A stretch of 64,000 bases of DNA from Escherichia coli (GCF_041886205.1 NZ_CP169029.1), one strand, 5' to 3'; numbered from the stretch's first letter, positions 8,013 to 19,577 are shown. The notes: generated from the letters alone by a model not told the origin. Program-made: numbers and translations.

Positions 8013-9143
8013 TTAGCGGGTCAGGTCGTCAAAAAACTTCTTCACACCATCAAAGAAGCTCTTTGAGCGCGGGCTGTTGTGCTCACCGGTTGGGCCACCG
8101 AAGCTTTCTTGCAGCTCTTGCAGCAACTGTTTCTGCTTCTCGTTCAGGCCTACCGGTGTTTCGACGACAACGCGGCACAGCAAATCACCCTGTGCGCCAC
8201 CGCGGACAGACTTGACGCCTTTACCGCGCATACGGAAAAGCTTACCGGTCTGGGTTTCGCCAGGCACTTTCAGTTTGACGCGACCATCAAGGGTCGGTAC
8301 TTCGATTTCGCCACCCAGCGCCGCCATAGCGAAGTTGATCGGGACTTCGCAATAGAGGTTGTTGCCTTCACGCTCGAAAATCGGGTGCTGTTTAACCTGA
8401 ACCTGAACGTACAGATCGCCTGCCGGTGCGCCATGCTCGCCCGCTTCACCTTCGCCCGCAAGACGGATGCGGTCTCCAGTGTCCACCCCTGCCGGGATTT
8501 TAACGGACAGCGTTTTGCTGCGCTCAACACGACCATGACCATGACATTTGTTGCACGGATCTTTGATCAGCGTACCGCGGCCCTGACAGTGTGGACAGGT
8601 CTGCTGTACAGCGAAGAATCCCTGGCGCATCTGCACCTGACCAGAACCATGACAGGTCGGACAGGTCTGCGGCTGTGTACCTGGTTTTGCACCGCTACCG
8701 TGGCAAACGTCACACTCTTCCAGAGTCGGAATGCGGATCTCTTTGGTCACGCCACGTACAGCTTCTTCGAGGGTGAGCTCCATGTTATAGCGTAAATCAG
8801 CACCGCGCGCCGCACGTTGACGACCACGTCCGCCGCCAAAAATATCGCCGAAAACGTCACCAAAAATATCGCTGAAGTCTGCGCCGCCGCCAAAACCGCC
8901 GCCGCCCATGCCACCTTGCTCAAACGCAGCATGACCATACTGATCGTATGCCGCACGTTTTTGCGAGTCGGTCAGAACTTCATAAGCTTCCTTGATCTCT
9001 TTAAATTTCGCCTCGGCCTCTTTGTCACCCTGGTTACGGTCCGGGTGGTATTTCATGGCCAGGCGTTTGTAGGCCTTTTTGATTTCACGCTCTTCCGCTG
9101 TTTTGGAAACGCCTAAAATCTCGTAATAATCTTGCTTAGCCAT
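8013..9143 (-). CDS. dnaJ: Chaperone DnaJ (Hsp40)
   Basis: [40 protein letters not shown]..., J domain, G/F region, four CxxCxGxG zinc repeats; track ORF extended upstream to 9173. Confidence 0.97.
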
Positions 9144-9231
9144 CTTTTTTAAATTGCCCCTAGATGAATGCACGGGCGGAGAGGAAATTCCCCTTCGCCC
9201 GTGTCAGTATAATTACCCGTTTATAGGGCGA

Positions 9232-11148
9232 TTATTTTTTGTCTTTGACTTCTTCAAATTCAGCGTCGACAACATCGTCATCTTTCGCGTTGTTTGCAGA
9301 AGCATCAGCACCGGCAGTCTGCTGCTGGGCATGTTGCTGCTGGGCGATTTCCATCAGTTTCTGGGAAACCTGTGCCAGTTCCTGCATTTTCGCTTCGATA
9401 GCGGCTTTGTCTTCACCTTTCAGAGCAGTTTCCAGTGCAGTCAGCGCAGACTCGATAGCAGTTTTGTCGTCAGCCGGCAGTTTGTCGCCTGCTTCTTCAA
9501 CCTGCTTACGGGTGCTGTGCAGCAGATGGTCGCCCTGGTTGCGAGTCTGTACCAGCTCTTCAAACTTACGGTCAGCTTCGGCGTTAGCTTCTGCGTCGCG
9601 TACCATTTTCTGGATTTCATCTTCGTTCAGACCAGAAGACGCCTTGATGGTGATCTTCTGCTCTTTACCGCTGTTTTTATCTTTCGCGGAAACGTGCAGG
9701 ATACCGTCAGCATCGATATCGAAGGTAACTTCGATCTGCGGCATGCCGCGCGGTGCCGGGTTGATACCATCCAGGTTGAACTGACCCAGAGATTTGTTAT
9801 CAGCCGCACGTTTACGTTCACCCTGCAGCACATGGATGGTTACCGCAGACTGGTTGTCTTCAGCGGTAGAGAACACCTGGCTGTGCTTGGTCGGGATAGT
9901 GGTGTTTTTCGCGATCAGCGTCGTCATCACACCGCCCATGGTTTCGATACCCAGAGACAGAGGGGTAACGTCCAGCAGCAGTACGTCTTTTACGTCACCA
10001 GTCAGAACACCACCCTGAACAGCAGCACCGATTGCTACAGCTTCGTCCGGGTTAACGTCTTTACGCGGCTCTTTACCAAAGAACTCAGCAACTTTCTTCT
10101 GAACCATTGGCATACGAGTCTGACCACCCACGAGGATAACGTCGTCGATATCAGATACGGACAGGCCAGCGTCCTGCAGTGCAACTTTCAGCGGCTCAAT
10201 GGAACGGTTTACCAGATCTTCAACCAGGCTTTCCAGTTTCGCACGAGTCACTTTGATGTTCATGTGTTTCGGACCGGTCGCGTCTGCAGTGATGTACGGC
10301 AGGTTAACGTCGGTCTGCTGAGCGGAAGACAGCTCGATTTTCGCTTTTTCTGCCGCTTCTTTCAGGCGCTGCATTGCCAGCGGATCGTTGCGCAGGTCAA
10401 TGCCCTGATCTTTCTTGAATTCTTCAACCAGGTAGTTGATCAGACGGCTGTCGAAGTCTTCACCACCCAGGTGGGTATCACCGTTGGTTGCCAGAACTTC
10501 GAAGGTTTTTTCGCCGTCAACTTCGTCGATTTCGATAATAGAAATATCGAAAGTACCACCACCCAGGTCATAAACCGCGATAGTACGGTTGCCAGTACCT
10601 TTGTCCAGACCGTAAGCCAGCGCAGCTGCGGTTGGTTCGTTAATGATACGTTTTACTTCCAGACCAGCGATACGGCCTGCGTCTTTCGTTGCCTGACGCT
10701 GAGCATCGTTAAAGTATGCCGGTACGGTGATAACAGCTTCAGTTACCGGTTCACCCAGGTAATCTTCAGCGGTTTTCTTCATTTTTTTCAGCACTTCAGC
10801 AGAGATCTGCGGCGGTGCCATTTTCTGGCCTTTAACTTCGACCCAAGCGTCGCCGTTATCAGCAGCAATAATTTTGAACGGCATGATGGAAACATCACGC
10901 TGTACTTCTTCGTCCTGGAAGCGGCGGCCAATCAGGCGTTTAATCGCAAACAGGGTGTTTTGCGGGTTCGTCACTGCCTGACGTTTAGCCGGCTGACCAA
11001 CCAGAGTTTCACCATCCTGGGTATAGGCAATGATAGAAGGCGTGGTGCGATCGCCTTCGGCGTTCTCCAGCACGCGAGGAGTGGTGCCATCCATAATCGC
11101 TACACAAGAGTTGGTAGTACCCAGGTCGATACCAATTATTTTACCCAT
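9232..11148 (-). CDS. dnaK: Chaperone DnaK (Hsp70)
   Basis: 638-aa [43 protein letters not shown]... Confidence 0.98.
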
Positions 11149-11267
11149 CTAAACGTCTCCACTATATATTCGGTCATCATGTGGTTGTGAGTCTGTAATA
11201 GGGGCGAAACGTCTGGTTTCAACTGCCCAATTTCATTTTTTTGCAGACTCACTCACTGCGGTTGACT

Positions 11268-11300
11268 ACTAAATGGGGTCGTAACCCACGTCATCAAGGG
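11268..11300 (-). promoter_or_regulatory. Sigma-32 heat-shock promoter of dnaK (P1-like)
   Basis: Minus strand reads CTTGATG-N13-CCCCATTTA about 120-150 nt upstream of the dnaK ATG, matching the sigma-32 -35/-10 consensus. Confidence 0.55.
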
Positions 11301-11524
11301 GGAGATGCAAAAATTTTTTGTGCTTTTGCGCAGAAATTTCGCGATATAGCAGGACAAGACGTGAAACTGACAGCAATTTTATTCATATAAAGAATGAATC
11401 GCAGCCAAGGCATTCATCAAAAAATTGTAATAAAAAGAAATCATTACGCACCTGAATCTTCTCTTTATCAGCAGTAAACTAGTGGGTATCCATCCCCCTA
11501 CCTCTCCCCACTAAGAGAAGCCTT

Positions 11525-11929
11525 ATGAAATCCGTTTTTACGATTTCCGCCAGCCTGGCGATTAGTCTGATGCTGTGCTGCACGGCGCAGGCAAACGACC
11601 ATAAAATCCTCGGCGTCATTGCAATGCCACGTAACGAAACCAACGATCTGGCGCTGAAACTTCCTGTTTGCCGAATTGTTAAACGCATACAACTCTCAGC
11701 CGACCATGGCGATTTGCAGTTAAGCGGTGCATCGGTTTATTTCAAAGCCGCCCGTAGCGCCAGTCAGAGCCTGAATATTCCTTCAGAAATAAAAGAAGGG
11801 CAAACCACTGACTGGATCAACATTAACAGCGATAACGACAATAAACGCTGCGTCTCAAAAATCACCTTTTCCGGTCATACGGTGAACTCATCGGATATGG
11901 CCACGCTGAAAATTATCGGCGACGACTAA
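11525..11929 (+). CDS. yaaI: YaaI, DUF2541 periplasmic protein
   Basis: 134-aa [42 protein letters not shown]... Confidence 0.9.
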
Positions 11930-11954
11930 CGCCAGAATATAGAAGCCACAAAAA

Positions 11955-12668
11955 ATGAATGTTAATTACCTGAATGATTCAGATCTGGATTTTCTCCAGC
12001 ATTGCAGTGAGGAACAGTTGGCAAATTTCGCCCGGCTGCTCACCCATAATGAAAAAGGCAAAACTCGCCTCTCCAGCGTACTGATGCGCAACGAACTGTT
12101 TAAATCGATGGAAGGACATCCCGAGCAACATCGCCGCAATTGGCAGCTGATTGCCGGAGAATTACAACATTTTGGTGGCGATAGTATCGCCAACAAACTG
12201 CGCGGACACGGTAAATTGTATCGGGCCATTTTGCTCGATGTTTCAAAAAGATTAAAGCTGAAAGCCGACAAAGAGATGTCTACGTTTGAAATTGAGCAAC
12301 AGTTACTGGAGCAATTTCTGCGTAATACCTGGAAGAAAATGGACGAGGAACATAAGCAGGAGTTTCTGCACGCGGTCGATGCCAGGGTGAATGAGCTGGA
12401 AGAGCTGCTGCCGCTGCTGATGAAAGACAAATTATTGGCAAAAGGCGTGTCGCATTTGCTTTCCAGCCAACTGACCCGCATTTTACGCACCCACGCAGCA
12501 ATGAGCGTACTTGGGCATGGTTTGCTGCGCGGCGCGGGGCTGGGAGGCCCTGTAGGTGCGGCACTAAATGGGGTTAAAGCGGTCAGCGGCAGCGCCTATC
12601 GCGTGACGATTCCAGCCGTACTGCAAATCGCCTGCCTGCGTCGGATGGTTAGCGCCACTCAGGTCTGA
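11955..12668 (+). CDS. yaaW: YaaW, DUF3944 protein
   Basis: 237-aa MNVNYLNDSDLDFLQHCSEEQLANFARLLTHNEKGKTRLSSVLMRNELF... Confidence 0.9.
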   Translation: MNVNYLNDSDLDFLQHCSEEQLANFARLLTHNEKGKTRLSSVLMRNELFKSMEGHPEQHRRNWQLIAGELQHFGGDSIANKLRGHGKLYRAILLDVSKRLKLKADKEMSTFEIEQQLLEQFLRNTWKKMDEEHKQEFLHAVDARVNELEELLPLLMKDKLLAKGVSHLLSSQLTRILRTHAAMSVLGHGLLRGAGLGGPVGAALNGVKAVSGSAYRVTIPAVLQIACLRRMVSATQV

Positions 12669-12816
12669 TACCGGAAACCGGGGAAAATTTTCATTTTCCC
12701 CTCAAAAGATCGTAGACACTGCCCCACTGGCTGATTATTATGCCGCGCCCTGAAAACACTACAGTTATTCAGGGAAATTATTTCACCATTCATTCGATGA
12801 TGATTTTTGAGGAATT

Positions 12817-13383
12817 ATGGGCAACACTAAGTTGGCTAATCCGGCACCGCTGGGCCTGATGGGCTTCGGCATGACCACCATTCTGCTTAACCTGCACAAC
12901 GTGGGTTATTTCGCTCTGGACGGTATTATTCTTGCCATGGGCATTTTCTACGGCGGCATCGCGCAAATTTTTGCTGGTCTGCTGGAGTACAAAAAAGGCA
13001 ACACTTTCGGTTTAACCGCATTCACCTCTTACGGTTCTTTCTGGCTGACGCTGGTTGCGATTCTGCTGATGCCGAAACTGGGTCTGACCGATGCGCCAAA
13101 TGCACAGTTCCTTGGTGTCTACCTGGGTCTGTGGGGCGTATTTACGCTGTTTATGTTCTTCGGCACGCTGAAAGGCGCACGCGTTCTGCAATTCGTTTTC
13201 TTTAGCCTGACCGTGCTGTTTGCCCTGCTGGCGATCGGTAACATTGCCGGTAACGCCGCAATCATCCACTTTGCCGGCTGGATTGGTCTGATCTGCGGTG
13301 CCAGCGCAATCTATCTGGCGATGGGTGAAGTTCTGAACGAGCAGTTTGGTCGCACCGTTCTGCCGATTGGTGAATCCCACTAA
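12817..13383 (+). CDS. satP: Succinate-acetate/proton symporter SatP (YaaH)
   Basis: 188-aa MGNTKLANPAPLGLMGFGMTTILLNLHNVGYFALDGIILAMGIFYGG... Confidence 0.95.
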   Translation: MGNTKLANPAPLGLMGFGMTTILLNLHNVGYFALDGIILAMGIFYGGIAQIFAGLLEYKKGNTFGLTAFTSYGSFWLTLVAILLMPKLGLTDAPNAQFLGVYLGLWGVFTLFMFFGTLKGARVLQFVFFSLTVLFALLAIGNIAGNAAIIHFAGWIGLICGASAIYLAMGEVLNEQFGRTVLPIGESH

Positions 13384-13393
13384 TTGTTTTGAG

Positions 13394-13420
13394 ATCCCCC
13401 CGCTCGGGGGGATTTTTTTA
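13394..13420 (+). terminator. Intrinsic terminator after satP
   Basis: cccccc-gctc-gggggg hairpin followed by attttttta; overlaps the mog stop codon on the opposite strand. Confidence 0.7.
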
Positions 13421-14005
13421 TTCGCTAACGTCGCGTCTTGCACTCTTTGGTCTGAATGCAGCAACCACTTCTGGTGCCGTTTCAACGTATGGCCCTTCCA
13501 GCAACTGAATGCAGTACGGTACGCTGGCAAAAATACCGTGTACCACAACGTTACCCTCAGCGTCCTTCACACCTTCCAGCGTCTCTTTAATAGACTTCGG
13601 CTGACCGGGTAAGTTAAGGATCAGCGCCTGTTTGCGAATCACGCCCACCTGACGCGAAAGGATCGCAGTTGGTACAAAATGCAGGCTGATCTGGCGCATC
13701 TGTTCACCAAAGCCAGGCATCTCGCGGTCCGCTACTGCCAGCGTAGCATCGGGCGTTACGTCACGACGCGCCGGGCCAGTTCCGCCCGTGGTGAGCACCA
13801 GATGGCAACTCATTTCATCCACCAGCTCACACAACGTTTGCTCGATGATCGCCTGCTCATCGGGGATTAAGCGGGTTTCCAGTTCAAACGGCGTGGTTAG
13901 CGCCGATGTCAGCCATTCTTCCAGTGCAGGGATACCTTTATCCTGATAAACGCCGCTGGATGCGCGATCAGAGATGGAAACTAAGCCAATACGTAAAGTA
14001 TTCAT
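13418..14005 (-). CDS. mog: Molybdopterin adenylyltransferase Mog
   Basis: MNTLRIGLVSISDRASSGVYQDKGIPALEEWLTSALTTPFELETRLIPDEQ...; start at second Met of track ORF. Confidence 0.95.
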   Translation of the reverse strand: MNTLRIGLVSISDRASSGVYQDKGIPALEEWLTSALTTPFELETRLIPDEQAIIEQTLCELVDEMSCHLVLTTGGTGPARRDVTPDATLAVADREMPGFGEQMRQISLHFVPTAILSRQVGVIRKQALILNLPGQPKSIKETLEGVKDAEGNVVVHGIFASVPYCIQLLEGPYVETAPEVVAAFRPKSARRDVSE

Positions 14006-14119
14006 CAAGATTTTTCCGTTTAAACAGTCTCGTTAAACAGAATGATACACTGCGAAGGGAGTGACAGACAGGCTTCAGAAGAGGTAGCGTGACCGACTTC
14101 CCGGTCACGCTAAGAATGA

Positions 14120-15073
14120 TTACAGCAGATCGCCGATCATTTTTTCCAGTTTTTCCTGGTCAATAGCAAACTTACGGATACCTTCCGCCAGTTTATCTAC
14201 TGCCATTGGATCCTGGTTGTGCTGCCACAGGAACTCGGACTCAGTGATACGCGCCGGACGCGCTTTCACTTCGCCGGTGTAAGACAGTTTACGTTCGATA
14301 GCCCCTTCGCTCTCCGCCAGCTCTTTCAGCAGTGCCGGTGCGATGGTCAGACGGTCGCAGCCTGCCAGTTCCAGAATTTCGCCGATGTTACGGAAGCTTG
14401 CGCCCATAACCACGGTTTCATAACCGTGCTCTTTGTAGTACTGGTAGATTTCAGATACAGAAACCACGCCCGGATCTTCTGCCGGCGCGTACTCTTTCTT
14501 ATCGGTATTCGCTTTATACCAGTCAAGAATACGGCCAACAAACGGCGAGATCAGGAACACGCCCGCTTCCGCACAAGCACGAGCCTGAGCGAAGGAGAAC
14601 AGCAGGGTCAGGTTACAGTTGATGCCTTCTTTTTCCAGCTGTTCTGCAGCACGGATACCCTGCCAGGTAGAAGCCAGTTTGATCAGAATACGATCGTTGC
14701 TAATACCAGCATCGTTGTAGAGTTTGATCAGGCGTTTTGCTTTCGCAATTGACGCTTCGGTGTCATAGGAAAGACGCGCATCAACTTCAGTTGAGATACG
14801 GCCCGGAACCAGTTTCAGGATTTCCAGACCAATATTTACTGCCAGTTTGTCGGTCGCGTCCACGATCTGCTGCGCGCGATCGTTGCTCTGCTGTTTCGCC
14901 CAGGCGACAGCATCATCAATCAACTTACGGTATTCCGGAATCTGCGCTGCGTTAAGAATGAGAGAAGGGTTGGTTGTGGCATCCTGCGGTTGATACAGCT
15001 TCATTGCCGCGATGTCCCCAGTGTCGGCCACTACGGTGGTGTACTGACGAAGGGAGGTCAATTTGTCCGTCAT
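14120..15073 (-). CDS. talB: Transaldolase B
   Basis: [51 protein letters not shown]...; track ORF 14120..15136 has a 21-codon upstream extension. Confidence 0.96.
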
Positions 15074-15351
15074 GATAGTATTTCTCTTTAAACAGCTTGT
15101 TAGGGGGATGTAACCGGTCTGCCCTGATGATATCACGACGCAACGTCAGCGCAACCGCCGACAAGACGGTTATCGCCAGGCGAGACTGTTTCGGATTTCT
15201 GACACTGCGTTGATATCGCCCGCCATTTTTATACAAAACCTCATGTATGCTACGCAGAAGTTATCAAGTACCTCGTAGCGTATATACTTCTTAAACAATT
15301 GGTAACGTTTACACAGGAAAGTCATCGCGACCGGCAATAAGAGGGATATGC

Positions 15352-16782
15352 ATGCCAGATTTTTTCTCCTTTATTAACAGCGTCCTTTGGGGATCGGTAA
15401 TGATTTACCTGCTCTTCGGCGCAGGTTGTTGGTTCACTTTTCGCACCGGATTTGTGCAGTTTCGCTACATCCGCCAGTTTGGCAAAAGTCTTAAAAATAG
15501 CATTCATCCACAGCCAGGCGGTTTAACCTCATTTCAGTCATTGTGTACCAGTCTTGCGGCGCGCGTGGGTAGCGGCAACCTGGCCGGCGTTGCGCTGGCA
15601 ATTACCGCCGGTGGACCTGGAGCCGTCTTCTGGATGTGGGTTGCCGCGTTTATCGGCATGGCGACCTCGTTTGCCGAATGTTCCCTCGCACAGCTTTATA
15701 AAGAACGTGATGCCAATGGGCAGTTTCGTGGCGGACCGGCATGGTATATGGCGCGCGGGCTGGGGATGCGCTGGATGGGCGTTCTGTTCGCCGTCTTTTT
15801 GCTCATCGCCTACGGCATAATTTTCAGCGGAATTCAGGCGAACGCCGTTGCGCGAGCCCTGAGTTTTTCTTTTGATTTTCCCCCGCTGGTGACAGGTATT
15901 ATTCTCGCTGTCTTTGCTCTGCTGGCGATCACTCGCGGTCTTCATGGCGTCGCCCGGCTCATGCAGGGGTTTGTCCCGTTGATGGCGATAATCTGGGTAC
16001 TGACCAGCCTGGTGATTTGCGTAATGAATATCGGGCAACTTCCCCACGTCATTTGGTCTATTTTTGAGAGTGCTTTTGGCTGGCAGGAAGCGGCAGGCGG
16101 CGCGGCGGGATATACCTTAAGCCAGGCGATTACTAACGGTTTTCAGCGCAGTATGTTTTCCAATGAGGCGGGAATGGGGTCGACGCCAAACGCGGCAGCG
16201 GCAGCGGCGTCCTGGCCTCCGCATCCGGCAGCGCAAGGGATTGTCCAGATGATTGGCATTTTTATCGACACCCTGGTCATCTGTACGGCAAGCGCCATGC
16301 TGATATTACTGGCGGGTAACGGCACAACCTACATGCCGCTGGAAGGTATTCAGCTTATCCAGAAGGCGATGCGGGTGCTAATGGGTTCCTGGGGTGCTGA
16401 GTTTGTTACCCTCGTGGTTATTCTGTTTGCCTTCAGCTCCATCGTTGCCAACTACATTTACGCCGAAAACAATCTCTTCTTTTTACGCCTGAACAACCCT
16501 AAAGCGATCTGGTGTTTGCGGATCTGCACCTTCGCAACGGTCATCGGCGGCACCTTGCTAAGTCTTCCGCTGATGTGGCAACTGGCAGATATCATAATGG
16601 CCTGCATGGCTATTACCAATTTGACCGCCATTTTACTGCTCTCGCCTGTGGTTCATACCATTGCCAGTGATTATCTACGCCAGCGTAAACTCGGCGTGCG
16701 CCCGGTGTTTGATCCGTTGCGTTATCCGGATATCGGCCGCCAGCTTTCTCCGGACGCGTGGGATGATGTTTCGCAGGAGTAA
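15352..16782 (+). CDS. yaaJ: Alanine/sodium symporter family transporter YaaJ
   Basis: 476-aa polytopic membrane protein MPDFFSFINSVLWGSVMIYLLFGAGCWFTFRTGFVQFRYIRQFGKSL... Confidence 0.93.
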   Translation: MPDFFSFINSVLWGSVMIYLLFGAGCWFTFRTGFVQFRYIRQFGKSLKNSIHPQPGGLTSFQSLCTSLAARVGSGNLAGVALAITAGGPGAVFWMWVAAFIGMATSFAECSLAQLYKERDANGQFRGGPAWYMARGLGMRWMGVLFAVFLLIAYGIIFSGIQANAVARALSFSFDFPPLVTGIILAVFALLAITRGLHGVARLMQGFVPLMAIIWVLTSLVICVMNIGQLPHVIWSIFESAFGWQEAAGGAAGYTLSQAITNGFQRSMFSNEAGMGSTPNAAAAAASWPPHPAAQGIVQMIGIFIDTLVICTASAMLILLAGNGTTYMPLEGIQLIQKAMRVLMGSWGAEFVTLVVILFAFSSIVANYIYAENNLFFLRLNNPKAIWCLRICTFATVIGGTLLSLPLMWQLADIIMACMAITNLTAILLLSPVVHTIASDYLRQRKLGVRPVFDPLRYPDIGRQLSPDAWDDVSQE

Positions 16783-16851
16783 TCACAACTATCGATCAAC
16801 TCATTCTCTTTTTTTGCTAAAGTCGGCATAAATTTCCTGCAAGGACTGGAT

Positions 16852-17628
16852 ATGCTGATTCTTATTTCACCTGCGAAAACGCTTGATTACCAAAGCCTGT
16901 TGACCACCACGCGCTATACGCTGCCGGAGCTGTTAGACAATTCCCAGCAGTTGATCCATGAAGCGCGGAAACTGACGCCTCCGCAGATTAGCACGCTGAT
17001 GCGCATCAGCGACAAACTGGCGGGTATCAACGCCGCTCGCTTTCATGACTGGCAGCCAGATTTCACGCCGGAGAATGCTCGCCAGGCGATTCTGGCGTTT
17101 AAAGGTGATGTCTACACCGGCTTGCAGGCCGAAACCTTCAGCGAAGACGATTTCGATTTTGCCCAACAGCATTTGCGAATGCTTTCCGGCTTGTATGGCG
17201 TACTGCGCCCGCTCGATTTAATGCAGCCTTATCGTCTGGAAATGGGGATCCGTCTTGAGAATGCCCGAGGGAAAGATCTGTATCAATTCTGGGGAGATAT
17301 CATCACCAACAAGCTGAACGAGGCGCTCGCAGCACAAGGCGATAATGTGGTGATTAATCTGGCGTCAGATGAGTATTTTAAATCGGTGAAGCCGAAGAAA
17401 TTGAATGCCGAGATTATCAAGCCGGTGTTCCTCGATGAGAAGAACGGCAAATTTAAGATAATCAGCTTCTACGCTAAGAAAGCACGCGGTCTGATGAGTC
17501 GTTTTATTATTGAAAATCGGCTGACCAAACCAGAGCAACTGACTGGTTTTAATAGCGAAGGTTACTTCTTTGATGAAGCTTCCTCCAGCAATGGCGAACT
17601 GGTGTTTAAACGCTACGAGCAGCGTTAA
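16852..17628 (+). CDS. yaaA: Peroxide stress protein YaaA (DUF328)
   Basis: 258-aa [45 protein letters not shown]... Confidence 0.94.
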   Translation: MLILISPAKTLDYQSLLTTTRYTLPELLDNSQQLIHEARKLTPPQISTLMRISDKLAGINAARFHDWQPDFTPENARQAILAFKGDVYTGLQAETFSEDDFDFAQQHLRMLSGLYGVLRPLDLMQPYRLEMGIRLENARGKDLYQFWGDIITNKLNEALAAQGDNVVINLASDEYFKSVKPKKLNAEIIKPVFLDEKNGKFKIISFYAKKARGLMSRFIIENRLTKPEQLTGFNSEGYFFDEASSSNGELVFKRYEQR

Positions 17629-17640
17629 GTTTGCAGTCAA

Positions 17641-17765
17641 TGCCGGATGCGGCGTGAACGCCTTATCCGGCCTACAAAAGCATGCAGATTCAATATATTG
17701 CAGAATTCACGTAGGCCTGATAAGACGCGCCAGCGTCGCATCAGGCGCTGAATGCCGGATTGTTA
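17641..17765. repeat. REP (repetitive extragenic palindromic) cluster
   Basis: gccggatgcggcgtgaacgccttatccggcctac ... gtaggcctgataagacgcgccagcgtcgcatcaggcg in inverted arrangement. Confidence 0.8.
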
Positions 17766-17780
17766 CCCGGCATTTGTCAT

Positions 17781-18077
17781 TTAGCGGTGATGTTTGCCTG
17801 GACCATGACCGCCGTGATGATCATGATGAGCTTTCTTATGGTGACGCGGCGGTGGCGGCGGTCCGTGTGGGTGCCAGCGATTGCCTCGCCATTCATAATG
17901 TTGTTTCCACCAGCCGTGGTCGCGCCAGTGACCGCCATCCCAGTAATAACCGCGATTATCACGATCGCCTATCTGTAATTTTACTGACGGGACTAACGTA
18001 ATTTCCGCAGCCTGCGCTGCCATGGGAGCGACCAGAACCAGGGAAAGTGCGAGTACGATAGATTGCATCTTTTTCAC
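17781..18077 (-). CDS. yaaX: YaaX (DUF2502), secreted His/Pro-rich small protein
   Basis: 98-aa [57 protein letters not shown]...[28 protein letters not shown]. Confidence 0.88.
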   Translation of the reverse strand: MKKMQSIVLALSLVLVAPMAAQAAEITLVPSVKLQIGDRDNRGYYWDGGHWRDHGWWKQHYEWRGNRWHPHGPPPPPRHHKKAHHDHHGGHGPGKHHR

Positions 18078-18232
18078 AGGTTACTCCTTTTATCATTGCC
18101 CGTTATGGGTCGATATCCGGAGATTACGCGATGAGAACGGCGGTTGTTATTCTCCGCAATCCTAATCTCTAACTTACCGCATTTATTGAGAATTTCTCCT
18201 TTTTCCCTGTCGTTTCTCTCCATATTTTCTTC

Positions 18233-18268
18233 ACAAAAAAGCCGGGCTGCATAAAAGCAAACCCGGCC
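18233..18268 (-). terminator. thr operon intrinsic terminator after thrC
   Basis: Minus strand GCCGGGTTTGCTTTTATGCAGCCCGGC hairpin followed by TTTTTTGTG, 23 nt past the thrC stop. Confidence 0.75.
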
Positions 18269-18290
18269 TGATTGAGATAATGAATAGATG

Positions 18291-19577
18291 TTACTGATGA
18301 TTCATCATCAATTTACGCAACGCAGCAAAATCGGCGGGCAGATTATGTGAAAGCAAGGGTAAATCAGCACGTTCTGCCAGCTCTTTTGGCAGATCCAACG
18401 TTTCACCGAGAATCGCTTCCACGCTCTCTTTAAATTTCGCCGGATGCGCGGTGCCGAGGAACAAGCCATATTCGCCTGGATTCAACTGGTCACGCAGCGC
18501 ACGATACGCTACGGCAGCGTGCGGCTCCGAGGTGTAGCCCAGTTCTTTTAACTCACGCATTGTCTGTTGCGTGGTTTCATCATCCACGGCTGCATAACCC
18601 AGCTCTTTCAGTTGCCAGATTTTGCGGCGGAACAACTCTTCCACACGCGGCCAGTTGTTCGGCTGACTCACGTCCATCGCGTTGGATAACGTCGCCTGAG
18701 TCGCTTTGGGGGACCACTGACCGTCGTGCAGGAAACGTGGCACGGTATCGTTCACGTTGGTCGCAGCAATAAAACGTTTCACCGGCAGACCGAGTGACTT
18801 CGCCAGCAGACCCGCCGTCAAATCGCCGAAGTTTCCGCTTGGTACCGAAACAACCAGCTGGTTGCGCGCCTCCTGCGGCAGCTGCGCAACAGCTTCAAAG
18901 TAGTAGCAAATCTGCGCCAGCAAACGGCTGATGTTAATCGAGTTAGCTGAGTTTAACCCCAGCGCCACTTTCAGTTCTTCATCATCAAACGCCTGCTTCA
19001 CCAGCGCCTGACAGGCATCGAAATCGCCGTCGATGGCAACAGTTTCGATATTGCCGCCCAATGTACAGAACAGTTTTTCTTGCAGTGGACTGATTTTGCC
19101 TCGTGGATAGAGGATAACCACTTTCACATTCGGCAAACCGTAGAAAGCATGAGCCACTGCCGCTCCGGTATCACCGGAGGTCGCGGTCAGAATGGTCACT
19201 GGCTTATCACCCGCAATATGGGTCAGCATTTGTGCCATAAAGCGACCGCCGAAATCTTTAAATGCCAGCGTTGGCCCGTGGAACAATTCCAGACAACCGA
19301 CATCGCTTTCAACATTGGCGACCGGAGCCGGGAAGGCAAACGCCGCGCGCACGCGCTCTTCCAGGATTTCCTGCGGGATTTCATCACCAATAAACGCCGA
19401 GAGGATCTTCGCACTGCGGGTGACAAAATCCAGCTTCAGCATCTCATCAATTTCAGTCAGGCTGAATTCCGGCAGGTCATGCGGAAAAAACAGCCCCTGA
19501 TTTTTGCCCAACCCCTGGGTTACGGCTTGCGCAAAGCTGACCTGCTCGTTGTGATCTTTCAGATTGTAGAGTTTCAT
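18291..19577 (-). CDS. thrC: Threonine synthase
   Basis: 428-aa MKLYNLKDHNEQVSFAQAVTQGLGKNQGLFFPHDLPEFSLTEIDEML... Confidence 0.98.
   Translation of the reverse strand: MKLYNLKDHNEQVSFAQAVTQGLGKNQGLFFPHDLPEFSLTEIDEMLKLDFVTRSAKILSAFIGDEIPQEILEERVRAAFAFPAPVANVESDVGCLELFHGPTLAFKDFGGRFMAQMLTHIAGDKPVTILTATSGDTGAAVAHAFYGLPNVKVVILYPRGKISPLQEKLFCTLGGNIETVAIDGDFDACQALVKQAFDDEELKVALGLNSANSINISRLLAQICYYFEAVAQLPQEARNQLVVSVPSGNFGDLTAGLLAKSLGLPVKRFIAATNVNDTVPRFLHDGQWSPKATQATLSNAMDVSQPNNWPRVEELFRRKIWQLKELGYAAVDDETTQQTMRELKELGYTSEPHAAVAYRALRDQLNPGEYGLFLGTAHPAKFKESVEAILGETLDLPKELAERADLPLLSHNLPADFAALRKLMMNHQ

Noticed and set aside
8079-8795. 238-aa plus-strand ORF antisense to dnaJ (and similar antisense ORFs 43300..44112, 44389..45288, 34245..35162, 51733..52425, 14219..14752, 19080..19799)
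   Set aside because: Each sits wholly inside a well-supported gene on the other strand (dnaJ, deoB, deoA, ettA, osmY, talB, thrB/thrC) and has no convincing start context or domain signature.
9154-11190. 678-aa plus-strand ORF
   Set aside because: Lies entirely antisense to dnaK; its product is low-complexity (F, V, Q, R rich) with no recognisable domain. Highly expressed, codon-biased genes often lack stops in an antisense frame, so this is treated as a shadow ORF.
11966-12564. Minus-strand ORFs (174 aa and 94 aa) antisense to yaaW, at about the position of the historical htgA/mbiA annotation
   Set aside because: They fully overlap yaaW; the sequence gives no independent support for translation, so they are not called as genes. 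Expression data would be needed.
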